A stretch of 64,000 nt of DNA from Octopus sinensis. Lineage: Eukaryota. Every line of letters begins with the position of its first letter. Within the stretch, counting starts at the first letter, position 1. The stretch covers positions 153,512,001 through 153,576,000 of the forward strand of contig NC_042999.1 in assembly GCF_006345805.1 (NCBI RefSeq). Direction: 5' to 3'. Of the stretch, positions 12,985-25,489 are shown piece after piece. The notes beneath the pieces are model-generated. The model searched no databases and was not told where the DNA came from. It saw only the letters and a program-made list of their open reading frames with translations. The translations under genes were made by a program, and so were the position numbers.

Positions 12985-13610
12985 TTCCTTCCAGCCAAGT
13001 CTACCACCCAGTTTTACTCGGAAGTCTTGGCCTCGAGTTCTGGGCTTATGTCGAACACCTGCTGTCGCATTCGAGAAGAGTACAACTGTCGAGCGAATCT
13101 GAACTTAAGATCGTTCCGCCGATCTCCCCGAATAGGGAGGAGCGAGCCTGTTTTCTCTCGGTAGTTGCTGTGGCGAAAGAGGTAGTATGGAAGACGAGAG
13201 TAAAACGAACTGCAACAGGCATGTTCATCTCCAGTCTCGAGCTATTTGATTTTTTCGTTTTCCACATGAAACGGAAAATAAGGCTGGAGAAGAAATGCCT
13301 GTCGCAAAGTGTGTTTCGTAAAAGATGGAAGTCTATAGCAAGTATGTTGCGTGTGAAAGAACCTGTTTAAACGAGAATATAAAAAAGGAGAAAGCAAAGT
13401 CTTCAGTGTGAGTATGTGGTTTGTGGGGTCGATCGTGTCCTCCGCTTCATTTTTTCTAAATCACTCATTCTCATTTAATTGTATATATTTTAATTGTTTG
13501 TTTATTCATACGTTTCGTCTCATTCGATACCCTGACCCCAATGTTTGTTTTGTCTGTCCTCGTATCTTCCCCACTTTTTCTCAACGTTATGGTGAATAAA
13601 GAAATTCTCT
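12985..13610 (+). mobile_element. Tx1/L1-clade LINE 3' end (ORF2 C-terminus + 3'UTR + AATAAA)
   Basis: ORF 12960-13370 (FWAYVEHLLS...VAVAKEVVWKTR...FHMKRKIRLE...F.KRW) resembles L1/Tx1 C-termini; ends aataaagaaa before a (TCAC)/(TC) tract. Confidence 0.6.
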
Positions 13611-13677
13611 CACTCTTTCTCTTTCTCTCACTCACTCATTCATTCACTCATTCACTCACTCACTCTCACTCACTCAC

Positions 13678-13719
<42 letters not shown>

Positions 13720-14094
13720 TCTCTCTCTTCGCCCCTTAGTAGTAACAAGGTACTCTTGTTCAGTGCTGTTTTTCCGATGAATCCTACTCAATCAAAGTCG
13801 ATGGAACGGAACAAACAGCGTTTAATTATTGCTCCTTCATGAGAAGAAGCGATATCTAAATATGTTTCCTGATGCTAAATTCTAGCAGCTGGAGCTCATG
13901 ATAAAAGAAATTTAAAATTCTAAACGGTGAAATCGTTAAAAGGGAATATCTGCAACATCAAAGACGGATCCATCACGACATAGCAGCAGAAACGTGATAT
14001 AGTGACATAATATTTTTATTTTAAACATATACACACACAAACGTGCGCGCACCACAGAAAAATACATACCACAATCAGAGATATACACACGTCT

Positions 14095-14304
14095 CTTTTA
14101 CTCTTTTACTCTTGTACTTGGTTCAGTCATTTGACTATGGCCGTGCTGGAGCACCGCCTTTAGTCAAGTAAATCGATCCCAGGACTTATTCTTTGTAAAC
14201 CTAGTACTCATTCTATCGGTCTCTTTTGCCGAACTGCTAAGTTACAGGGATCTAAACACCAGCATTGGTTGTCAAGCGATGCTGGAGGGACAAACACAGA
14301 CATA

Positions 14305-14374
<70 letters not shown>

Positions 14375-14552
14375 CATATATATACATATACGCGACGGGC
14401 TTCTTTCAGTTTCCGTCTACCAAATCCACTCACAAGACTTTGGTCGGCCCTAAGCTATAGTAGAAGACACTTGCCCAAGGTGCCACGCAGTGGGACTGAA
14501 CCCGGAACCATGTGGTTCGTAAGCAAGCTACTTATCACGCACCCGCTCCTAC
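14095..14552 (-). mobile_element. Full-length SINE family A
   Basis: Reverse complement of the 3656-4068 architecture. Confidence 0.85.
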
Positions 14553-15574
14553 GTAAAATATAAAATATTTATTTATACACAAAAATAGGGGTATGTATAC
14601 ATGTATACACATACATGAACAAATGCATGGAGGAGGTACTCCAGTGTGACCCTAGCTGATTCGTTGGTCCAGCGCAGTAGTTTTGACTGGGGAGTAAGAC
14701 AACGACGTCGGAACACCTTACACTGGTGACGGGTGAATCATGTGTGTTATGGACACACATGGACTAAAAGAAGGGGACGAAAAACAACACCGATCAGATA
14801 TTCACACTAGAATCTGCAAGATCGTATTAGGAGTGCATAGACACGTTATTATTTTTGGTGACTTACGATACAACAGAATGGCTTTCAATGTCTAAGATCA
14901 CGTAATGCAGAAGGTTGCGTGAAAACGATAGGAATTCGTATTAAGCCATTACATATTTAACAACAAATGACGAGTACAGTCCTCTTGTTCCACCACCCAT
15001 ACATTTTTTATGGAGCGAATTTTACTCACATAGTTTTCATCAATCCGAGGTTATTACGCAGTGGGAGCGAACCCGGAACCACATAATTAGCACTGGGCAC
15101 AACCCATCGCCCATCTTTATACCCAATGACGACCACGTAAGCAGTCAAATAGTAGGAAGTCCGTACGTCATAAACCACTCCTCGGTCCCTGCATGGCCAA
15201 AACATTTTAAATCTCAACGACCATATCTATTTCAACAGAGAACAAACAGCGAATCTCTTAGACACACGGTCATGTATGTATACAGTACTGGATTAACTAC
15301 AATCTACATTACACTACCAAACAGACGTTGATTCTGCTCGTAGCGGCTTGCCAGGGTTAGATTACAAACAGCATATAAGGTTGTGACATAAATATCTGGC
15401 ATATCAAGGTCGCCGTCGTAGTTCCGTGCGTTCAGTGCAATATACTTAATTCAGAAAACACTGGTTTGTGTAATACGAGGAAAGTACTTAGACGTATCTT
15501 TTGGCACTGCCATTAATTAATTAATAATAATATTAATATTTACAATGATTATGATAACAACAACAACAACAACA

Positions 15575-15800
15575 ATAATAATAATAATTGGTGCACTTGG
15601 CACACGACAATTATGTCTGTGGTAATTGGTGCACATGGCACGACATCTAAACTAAGAGATTGAAAGATGTTGCAATTGAGACTCGCATTGCTGACCTCCA
15701 GAAAAGTGCAATCCTGTATTCTACAAGAGTTCTAAGAAAGGTTCTTGAGATTTGTGGAGATTTGTTGTCACCAAACATCAGGACAACTTGCCTGCAAACA
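15575..15800 (+). pseudogene. Dong/R4-clade non-LTR retrotransposon 3' end
   Basis: VIGAHGT...IADLQKSAILYSTRVLRKVLEI resembles the R4/Dong C-terminus (IGALGT...LQK.ALL.T.RILRKVL); sits in AAT/GAT repeats. Confidence 0.75.
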
Positions 15801-15844
15801 AATTTGCACATAATAGTGATGATGATGATGATGATGATGTTACA

Positions 15845-16345
15845 GGTTTTGTTTTGGTATAAAAGATGGCCTACAGCAAATATTCTGCTCAATACCACAG
15901 ATTTGCTGGTCAGTTGCTTGACCTTAACCAACTGAGCATGTCCCTTGGTGGCTGACGACATGAGCATTTCTGATCACAAACGGAAATAGTGGGCGAGCAT
16001 CATAGCTATGTGTTGAAAGGAATTCTTTGAGGGGTTTGGATAATTTACCTTTGGAAACATGGGTGTTTCGTTCAACATCCTTAAGCAACCCTTATTCAGA
16101 GACCTTTTAAGCGTGATGGCCTACTAAGATGCCCTGATGCAGTGCCAAGCAGTGGCTTTCATGGCTTCTGATCGTCACTGATTGGGAGTGTTATCATGTA
16201 CATTATTTTGTCTTAGTATAATATATGGGCTATAGCAAACATTCTTCTCAATACTACAGATTTTCTTGTCAGTTGCTTGACCATAACCAGTTGGGCATGT
16301 CCCTCGGTGGTTGACGACATGTGCATCTCTGATCACAAGCAATAG
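15845..16345 (+). mobile_element. Two partial copies of the (AAT)n-associated ~555-bp element (family E)
   Basis: Match internal and 5' parts of 36863-37419. Confidence 0.75.
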
Positions 16346-16364
16346 TAGCGAGAAAAAATACGAA

Positions 16365-16600
16365 AAAAATTAAGAAATATCAGAATTTAGACAGAAAGCT
16401 GGAGATATTGTGGAAAACTAAGAAAAAAATTCATGTGCTAATTGGTGCATTTGATACAACATCCAAAATTCCACCTAAAAGACTGAAAGATATTTAAGGT
16501 GAGACTCGTACTGTCGATCTGCAGAAAACTACAAGTATATATTCTGCAAGAATCGTAAGAAAGATTCTTCAGATTTGAGGAACTTGTCACCAAAACTCAA
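16365..16600 (+). pseudogene. Second Dong/R4-clade 3' end fragment
   Basis: KKYQNLDRKLEILWKTKKKIHVLIGAFDT...DLQKTTSIYSARIVRKILQI*. Confidence 0.7.
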
Positions 16601-16790
16601 GATAACATTCCTCCTAATTAAATTAATTTGGTAATTATAATGACCCCCCCCCCTAATTTTGGCACAAGAACAGCTGTTTTGATACATCCCAGTTCTCGAC
16701 TGCTATTTAGTTTTTCGACCCCGAAAGGATGAAAAGTGAATTCGACCTCGGAGGAATTTGAACTCAGAACGTTAAGACGGACGAAAAGCT

Positions 16791-16843
<53 letters not shown>

Positions 16844-17389
16844 TTTGTGCTTGTTCGTCCATCTCTTAACAACCGTCACTGGTTTGTTCACTTAGCATTT
16901 CAGCAAAAGAGAACCATCAGACCTTCAAGTGAATGCCCCAGTATGGCCGCAATCCAATGACTGAACCAAGTACTAGACAAAAGATCTTGCTGCTGATTAG
17001 CCTCCTGTAATGAGGGGAGAAGATGAAAAAGAAAAGATTTTACTGCTGGATCATTGTATCTGGCTAATTAACAAAGATTGTAGACGGATTATCATTAAAA
17101 AAGCATTAGGGATGGGTGAGCTAGTTGATGAATTAGGGGTTCACAATGAATTTAAGTCGGACCAGGTGGCTAACATTGTTGGGTGTTAATTAATCAGGGT
17201 GGATGGCGTGAAAATGTGACATGTTTAAGCCCTGACCAAAACTATTCTGTCACTGGAGATTATAAACGCAGATTGTTTGGCTTTTCTGTTTTGATTGTCA
17301 TTCGTTGTAGTCAGTCAAACTGACATTATACATGCGCCAAGCCTGTTGACCGAAATGATTAACACACGACAAAGAAACAAAAATATATA

Positions 17390-17423
<34 letters not shown>

Positions 17424-17634
17424 ATGTGTCATACATACTGACCGTATTTTATACTTGTATGTCACTTTTATATAGTTAGAAATATAACTATATACTAGAT
17501 AGGAATAATTAGACTAACTGCTTAGGTACACACACACACACACACACACACACACCACACACACACACACACATACACACAGACACACACTCATATATTT
17601 ATACACGTGAGTATATAGTAAATATACATACGAA

Positions 17635-17830
17635 GGCAGCGAGCTGGCTGAATCGTTAGCACGCTGGATGAATTTACTTAGCGGTATTTCGCCTGTCGCT
17701 ACCTTGTGAGTTCAAATTCCGTCGACATCGACTTTGCTTTTCGTCCTTTCGGGGTCGATAAATTAAGTACCAGTAAAACACTGGGATCGATGTAATCGAT
17801 TATCCACTTCCCCAAATTTCAGACCTTGTT
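17635..17830 (+). mobile_element. tRNA-like SINE family B
   Basis: ggcagcgagctggc...gagttcaaattcc...gggtcgat; tail cccaaatttcagaccttg. Confidence 0.8.
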
Positions 17831-17837
17831 TTGTTTT

Positions 17838-18127
17838 GTTTGTTTCTTCTCGAGCCACGCCTGGCTCATTAGGGCCGGTTACCGGTTTCATTGGCGTAAA
17901 GGTTCCCCACCTGGACGGCACGCGGTCCGTCGCAGGTGAGCTGCGAGATGCAGGAGGAAATAGTGAGAGAAAGTTGTGGCGAAAGAGTCATCAGAAGTTC
18001 GCCATTACCTTCTGCCGGAGCCGCATGGTGCTTAGGTGTTTCGCTCATAAACACAGATATCGCCCGGTCTGAGATTCGAACCCGCGATCCCCCGACCGCT
18101 GCTCTAACCACTAGGCCATGTGCCTCC
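17838..18127 (-). mobile_element. tRNA-derived SINE family D
   Basis: High similarity to 53817-54116; A box tggcctagtgg, B box ggttcgaatc. Confidence 0.85.
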
Positions 18128-18170
18128 ACTGTACCTATAGTAGAAAGGTTTATTGTTAGTCAAATGAAAA

Positions 18171-18625
18171 GCAGCGAACTGGCAACATTGTTAACATGCC
18201 GTATAAAATGATTAGCGGCATTTCAACTGCCGCTACATTCTGAGTTCAAATTCCGCCGAGGTCGACTTTGCCTTTCATCCTTTCGGGGTCGATTAAATAA
18301 GTACCAGTTACGCACTGGGGTCAAAGTAATCGACTTAATCCGTTTGTCTGTCCTTGTTTGTCCTCTGTGTTTAGCCCCTTGTGGGTAGTAAAGAAATAGG
18401 TATTTCGTCTGTCTTTACGTTCTAAGTTCAAATACTACGGAGAGCAACTTTGTCTTTCATCTTTTTGGGGTAGATTAAAATAAGTACCCGTTGAACACTG
18501 GTGTCGGTGTGAACTTGAAATCCGTATCGTTAACACTCAGGATAAAACGCGTAACAGCATTTCATCTGACTTTACGTTCTGAGTTCAAATGCTCTCGAGG
18601 TCGATTTTGCCTTTCGGGGGTTGAT
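18171..18625 (+). mobile_element. SINE family B tandem array
   Basis: Repeated gttctgagttcaaat units; junction aaagaaata|ggtatttcgtctg. Confidence 0.75.
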
Positions 18626-18945
18626 GATATAAGAACTAGGTTTAGCAGGCCTTTAGTAGGAAGGATTAATAGTGAAATGGTCTGTTATTTAATCATGTGA
18701 CTAACCGATTGCTTGCTTAATCACTCGGTTAATCACTCAATCAGGATTTTCTAAGTCCTTTCGTCAGCATTTGCGCCCTCATCAATCACAATGACCTTTC
18801 TACCCCAGGTTGGAGTAGAGAGAGCATGTCATTGAAGAGGTCGTCAAATGGCGACGAAAGGACTTTGACAAAGCTAACTGACTGATCGGCCGAACTATTG
18901 ATCAACCAGTCGATTAGTTAACTGGTTAAATGTTATCGAATTGAC

Positions 18946-18992
<47 letters not shown>

Positions 18993-20419
18993 GAAGTGAA
19001 ATGGAACCAGTGAGTGTGTTTATTATTGGCATGAGGACCCTCCCGAGATAAAGCAAAATCTGTTTCAACACACGAATTTACACCAAGAATCTTGCAAAGC
19101 AAAATCAAAGACAGAACATTTGGTGTTTTTATACATGAAGGAAAGCCACTATTTTGCAACGATCGACATTGTTAAGGGGCTTCTTTTTCTATTTATTAGG
19201 CAGCAGAGAGGCTATAAAACACGTAATGAGATTTGATTTCTCAAGTGTTTCCTGTTTCTGCTTTTAAAACCACTTCATATTTTTAAGTGATATTATATCG
19301 GTAAGTTTTCACTGTTATTATTTTTAAACACTTGCCAACATTTCTATTTTGGGCGATCAGTTCTAATGTATGTTTTCCATCCATTTTAAAGCGAAAGAAT
19401 AAATTGAATAAATGGATATATAAATAAATCATTTAAATGCGTAAATAAATGATAATTGTGCATTTATTTCTTTACTGTGCAATCTTTAAACACCGAAGTA
19501 ATTACAGAAGCAACGAGCAATGATTTTTAACCGAGCGGCTGATTTTAGCTTCGCGTGAAAAACAGTTCTTGAGGTTACTAGCTATTGTCAAAATGGTTGT
19601 AGGAAGTCGGCAATTTCCGGTCAATTGTGAAACGGATATTGAGAAAGAATGAGCTTGAGGAGAAGTTGGGCGGGTGGGGGGAAATGTGTGGCGAATTGAA
19701 TGAAAGAACGAGTGAATGAAAGGCGAAGGTAGAGATGCAGTGAATTGAGGTGAAAATAGTAACATAATGGAACAGATAAAGAATAACAAATGGAGAGAAA
19801 GAGATACAAAGAAGGAGATAGAATGAAAAAGGAAAGAAAACAAGGAAAAATGAATGAAAGAAAGAAAGAAAGAAAGAAAAGAAAAGAAGCAAATGTGAAA
19901 AACAGGAAAAGAAAATGGTGGAAGAGATGGGGTACAAAGCTTCAAGGAAACTGAAGCTGTAATAAACATCAAAAATATAGTTTTTGAGAGGATCGTCTGG
20001 TGGAAGAAAGAAACATGTAAACGCAGTACTTAGTATCAATATAGCTCTTACTTCCGGTTCCACATAAATGTGAGGATTTGGGGTTTAAAGATCTGTAAAA
20101 GGCACAAATTTTCCGGGAAGGGATAAAGTAAACTAAGCTGGCCCTTCTACATGGTTATTATTTATTTCAACTCAAAATGTACCCTTTATCTTTTACCTGC
20201 TTCACTCTTTGGACTGCGGCCATGCTGGAGCACGCCTTGAAGAGTTTAGTCGAACAAGTCGATAAAGTTCTTGCTTCTGAACTTGGCACTTATTCTATCG
20301 GTTTCTTTTTGCCGAACCGTTGACTTACGGCGATGTAAGCAAACCGACACCGGCTGTCAAATAGACTATAATTTTGATATTTTTCTGCAATATCCAGTCT
20401 ATTAGCTGTGAGTGCTCAA

Positions 20420-20485
<66 letters not shown>

Positions 20486-20504
20486 GTTATTATTATTATT
20501 ATTA

Positions 20505-21079
20505 GGCGGCGAATTGGCAGAATCGTTAGCACGCCGGGCGAAATGCTCAGCGGTATTTCGTCTGCGTTACGTTGTGAGTTCAAATTCCGCCGAGGTCGAC
20601 TTTGCCTTTCATCCTTTAGGGGTCGATAAATTAAGTACCAGTTACGCACTGGGGTCGATGTAATCGACTTAATACCTATGTCTGTCCTTGTTTGTCCACT
20701 CTATGTTTAGCCCCTTGTGGGTAATAAAGAAATAGGTATTTCGTCTGCCGCTACGTTCTCAGTTCAAATTCCGCCGAGGTCGACTTTGCCTTTCATCCTT
20801 TCGGGGTCGATTAAATAAGTACCAGTTACTTACTGGGGTCTATATAATCGACTTAATCCGTTTGTCTGTCCTTGTTTGTCCTTTGTGTTTAGCCCCTTGT
20901 GGGTTGTAAAGAAATAGGTATTTCGTCTGCCACTACTTTCTCAGTTCAAATTCCGCGGAGGTCGACTTTGCCTTTCATCCTTTCGGGGTCGATTAAATAA
21001 GTACCAGTTACTTACTGGGGTCGATATAATCGACTTAATCCCTCCTCCCAAAGTTCAGGCCTTGTGCCTATAGTAGAAA
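20505..21079 (+). mobile_element. SINE family B trimer (one full head + two headless units)
   Basis: Junctions taaagaaata|ggtatttcgtctg at ~20735 and ~20915; flanked by (ATT)n. Confidence 0.85.
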
Positions 21080-21144
21080 TTATTATTATTATTATTATTG
21101 TTGTTGTTGTTGTTCTTCTTCTTCTTCTTTTTCTTCTTCTTCTG

Positions 21145-21271
<127 letters not shown>

Positions 21272-21287
21272 TATCATCATCATCATT

Positions 21288-21621
21288 GAGTGAGAGAGCA
21301 GTGCATGCCATCAAAGTAACACTGGGGTAAAATATCCGAAGTCCAGTGTATCCATCATGACTACCCGTCTGATAAGGGTGCACCAGGCAAATGCATCACA
21401 ATAGTATGTGAGCGGCATGGTGATCTCATTTCAAAATAAACAGCGCATGACCTTAAAGGTGGGGCCCAGTTAGAATTTTCTTCAAGTCGAGAAACCCGTT
21501 CCATTCACAAGGTCGCTGAAGAAAAGGGTTGTTTAAGGATGATGAACGAAACACCCATGTTTTCAGGGGTGAATTATCCAAACTCTAAAGAATTCCTCTC
21601 AACGCATGGCTATGATGCTCC
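21288..21621 (-). mobile_element. Family E, 5'-truncated
   Basis: Shares the exact end ctctctcactc(aat)n with 36863-37419. Confidence 0.8.
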
Positions 21622-22207
21622 GATCATCATCATCATCATCATCATATCATCATCATCATCATCATCATCATTAATATTAATATCATTTGTAGTTAATAGC
21701 GGTTCTGATGCTTTTACAAGAGCTTTTAAACATCTACCCCATTACCAAGGATCTGTATGATGAAGTAGTCCTTCAAAGACTGTCTTTTAGACGTTTATCT
21801 GTTATTGGGTCAAAAGAATAAAACAAAAGAGAATAAGAAAAAAGCGGTTTATTTACACGTAATGTAATGTGGCTTCTTCGATAGCGGTGAGATGTAGTTA
21901 CCACGAGTAGCTTAGATCATCTATTTCTTAAGGAAAACGAAAATCAAAAATAAAAAGACAACAACCCGAAAAAAGCCCTCAACGGTAGCAGGAGTGGCTG
22001 CGTGGCAAGAAGTTTGCTTCACAATTACATGGTTTAGGGTTCGGTCCCACTGCGTGGCACCTTGAGCAAGTGTCTTCTACTATAGCATCGGGTCGACCAC
22101 AGCCTTGTGAGTGAAAACTTGTGAGAAAGAAAACTGAAGGAAGCCGCTCCTGTTCATATGCATGCATGTATACACACACACAAACGATTATTATTATTAT
22201 TATTATT

Positions 22208-22743
22208 GAGTGAGAGAGCAGTGCATGCCATCAAAGTGACACTGGGGTAAAATATACGAAGCCCAATATACCCATCATGACTACCCGTCTGATAAAGGTA
22301 CACCAGGCACATGCATCACAACCATATGTGCGCGACATGGTGATCTCATATCAAGATAAACAGCACATGACCTTGCAGGTGGGGCCCAGTTAGAATTTTC
22401 TTCAGGTTGAGTAGCCCATCCCGCTCAAAAGGTCCCTGAATAAGGGTTGTTTAAGGATGTTGAAAGAACCACCCATGTTTCCAGAGGTGAATTATTCAAA
22501 CCCCAAAGAATCCCTCTCAACACATGGCTATGATGCTCTCCCACTACTTCTGCTCGTGATCAGAGATGCACATATCGTCAGCCACTAAGGGACATGCTCA
22601 ACTGGTTAAGGTCAAACAACAGACAAGCAAATCTGTGGTATTGAGCAGAATTTTTGCTGTAGCCCATCTTTTATACCAAGACAAAACAATGTACATGATA
22701 ACACTTGCAATCAGTTAAGAGATAACACTTGCAATCAGTTAAG
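22208..22743 (-). mobile_element. Family E, near full-length
   Basis: Reverse complement of 36863-37419; ~24-bp tandem duplication (gataacacttgcaatcagttaa) at the truncated end. Confidence 0.85.
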
Positions 22744-22829
<86 letters not shown>

Positions 22830-22880
22830 GAGTGAGAGAGCAGTGCATGCCATGAAAGTAATACTGGGGTAAAATACTGT
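22830..22880 (-). mobile_element. Family E 3' stub
   Basis: gagtgagagagcagtgcatgccat next to (ATT)n. Confidence 0.75.
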
Positions 22881-22935
22881 TGGTGATTTTTTTTTTCTAC
22901 TTTTTACATTTCCTTTGGACTTTCCTATGATTCCT

Positions 22936-22970
22936 GTTTCCGAAGAAGAGCTTTTTTCGAAACGTAAAAC
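22936..22970 (+). ncRNA. Minimal type I hammerhead-like motif (U4C variant)
   Basis: gttt-CCGAAGA-a-gag...ttc-GAAAC-GTA-aaac; stem I gttt/aaac. Confidence 0.4.
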
Positions 22971-23070
22971 AACTACTCTTTTCATTCTTTGAGCGTCGTA
23001 TTAATACATTAGATATGCTACGTCTTCACGCGGTTGTTTTTTTCCTTGTCTTTTTCTCCGTTTTATTAAT

Positions 23071-23451
23071 TATCGTTGCAAAAGTGTTGTAAGTCCAAAA
23101 CGTTGATTTTTCAGAAAACGAAAAAAATAGTTTCACCATTCCATTTCTTTTTACATTGGCAACAGTTTCAGCTGAACAATAATACTTTGTTGGGTGCATA
23201 AAATCGTATCTCCATGCATGTAGGATACTTTCAGTCAGAAATATTTTTGAAAACTCTCGTATGTGGGACTAACTACACTTTTGAAAAATGCTAAACCATT
23301 GTACTACATTTTGACAATTTTCATCAGAAGCCGTTGGAAATATGATAGCTTGACCAAAAGAACCGGCTATTGCCAGCAAAATTAAATATTGAAAAAAAAA
23401 AGCATGTGGCGAGTTTTGGACATACGACAGTTTAACATAATAGCAACGATA
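23071..23451. mobile_element. Possible MITE with imperfect TIRs
   Basis: tatcgttgc...gtccaaaac at left versus gttttggac...gcaacgata at right; TA flanks. Confidence 0.35.
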
Positions 23452-23483
23452 TATATATATATATGTGTGTGTGTATTATATGT

Positions 23484-23795
23484 GGAGGCGCAATGGCCTA
23501 GTGGTTAGGGCAGCGGATTCGCGGTCGTAGGATCGCGGTTTCGATTCCCAGACCGGGCGTTGTGAGTTTTTATTGAGCGAAAACACCTAAAGCTCCACGA
23601 GGCTCCGGCAGTGGGGTGGTTGCGATCCCTGCTGTACTCTTTCGCCACAACTTTCTCTCACTCTTTCTTCTGTTGGCCTGCTCGCTTAGCCAGCGGGGTG
23701 GCGTCATTTGAAAGCTAAAACAATGCGAAGCGCATTGTGACCAGCGATGTGTAACAACATCTGATGGCCTGGTCGGTCACGGTGATCACGGTGAT
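23484..23795 (+). mobile_element. Full-length tRNA-derived SINE family C
   Basis: ggaggcgcaatggcctagtgg (A box), ggtttcgattccc (B box); related copies at 2623-2930 and 43252-43627. Confidence 0.85.
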
Positions 23796-24775
23796 ATATA
23801 TATATAAGTGTATGAGTATGTATGTTTTTATGTCTGTTTGACCCCATTACTGCTGGTATGTTTACGCCTCCGTAACTTAGCGATTCGGCAAAAGAGATCC
23901 GATGAATTAGGTACCGGGCTTTACCAACAAAATAACAAGTACTGGGGTTGATGTTGTTCAACTAAAACTCTTCAAGGCGGTGCACCAGCCTGGCCGCAGT
24001 CTAATGAGTGAAACAATTAAAAGAAGGATAACAAAGCGGATTATCTATAACGTTAATAGCGATCGCAACGATTTTGCTAGCGTTGCTAGACAAAGGGAGA
24101 ATCTCGATTTAGGTCGGATCTCAGGAAAGAAAAGGAAATTGGAGAAGACCGTGTAATCATTAAATCTGAACTAATTATGAAAGTAACAAACAATGTTTTT
24201 TTTTTGTTTTGTTTCTTAATTGATTGGATAATTTTTGCTTCGCGTGAAAAAAACAATGCCAGACAAGATTTTAACCTGTTGTTGAAATAGCTGTAGGAAC
24301 TCGGCAATTTCCGGTCATTTGTAAAACCGGATGTTCAGAATGAGCTCGAGGCGAAGTTGTCGGGGAAGAATGAGTGGTGGAATGAGAGAATGAATGAATG
24401 AATGAAAATAGATATGGAATGAATATCTCCTATGACACTGGAGTACATCGCAGAGCAGCTAGGAAGATGAGGAGAGGAGGATGAGGATGAGCCGGAAAAG
24501 GAGAAGTTAATGGTAAAGAAGATAAAAATGGTGATCATCATCGTCATCATCATCCTCTCATCATAATGAAGAAGAAGAAGAAGAAGAAGAAGAAGCAACG
24601 ATAAGAATATATAAGTCAGTGTTTCTCAATTTTTACCCTTGTGTAACCCTTAAAATAAATTGCATGCCTCAAGGAACCTCTGCACAAGAAAAAAAATTAT
24701 ATACCATATTTTTCTCATTTTTTTCCATTGTAGTTCATGTGGTAAATATCATATCATATATATAGTTAGAATTTT

Positions 24776-24819
<44 letters not shown>

Positions 24820-24962
24820 AAAGGGAAAGATGAATTTTCTTGTTACGGATTATTCAAAAGTTTAACCGATACCTGGGTAGCAAAAATCACAGCAGAAAAC
24901 ACGGTTGGAGATAAGACCATATGGTGTTGCAACCGTGCGTTGGTGCGGATAATTGAAGTTTA

Positions 24963-25378
24963 ATATAATTAGTGAATGGAAGAAATGGAGTTGAACGAAG
25001 ATTGTACAGAATTCCTTTTATTACATTCTACACATGTTTCAAAGGCCACAATTTTCCAAATTCTGATTAAATAAGGATACCATATTGCAGCTTTCTCTTC
25101 AGGAAAAACCAGGAATTACGTTGATTTCAACGTACATTGATAAACAGTTTACCCATGGGCTCTTAAGGAGCGTCCTCGTTCGAATTGCTTTGCTGCGCCT
25201 CTGTTTTGTTTTGTTCTGACAACGTAATTCCTGGTTTTTCCTGAAGAGAAAGCTGCAATATGGTATCCTTATTAATCAGAATTTGGAAAATTGTGGCCTT
25301 TGAAACATGTGTAGAATGTAATAAAAGGAATTCTGTACAATCTTCGTTCAACTCCATTCTTCCATTCACTAATTATAT
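24963..25378. repeat. Near-perfect 160-bp inverted repeat with a ~96-bp spacer
   Basis: 24963-25123 is the reverse complement of 25220-25378 except two 1-nt indels. Confidence 0.95.

Positions 25379-25489
<111 letters not shown>

Noticed and set aside
17040-17340. Unique stretch with several TAAT motifs as an enhancer
   Set aside because: Such motifs are expected by chance in AT-rich DNA, and no other evidence supports it.
23484-23560. tRNA genes at SINE heads
   Set aside because: They have A/B boxes but run into SINE bodies, and no complete acceptor stem is evident.
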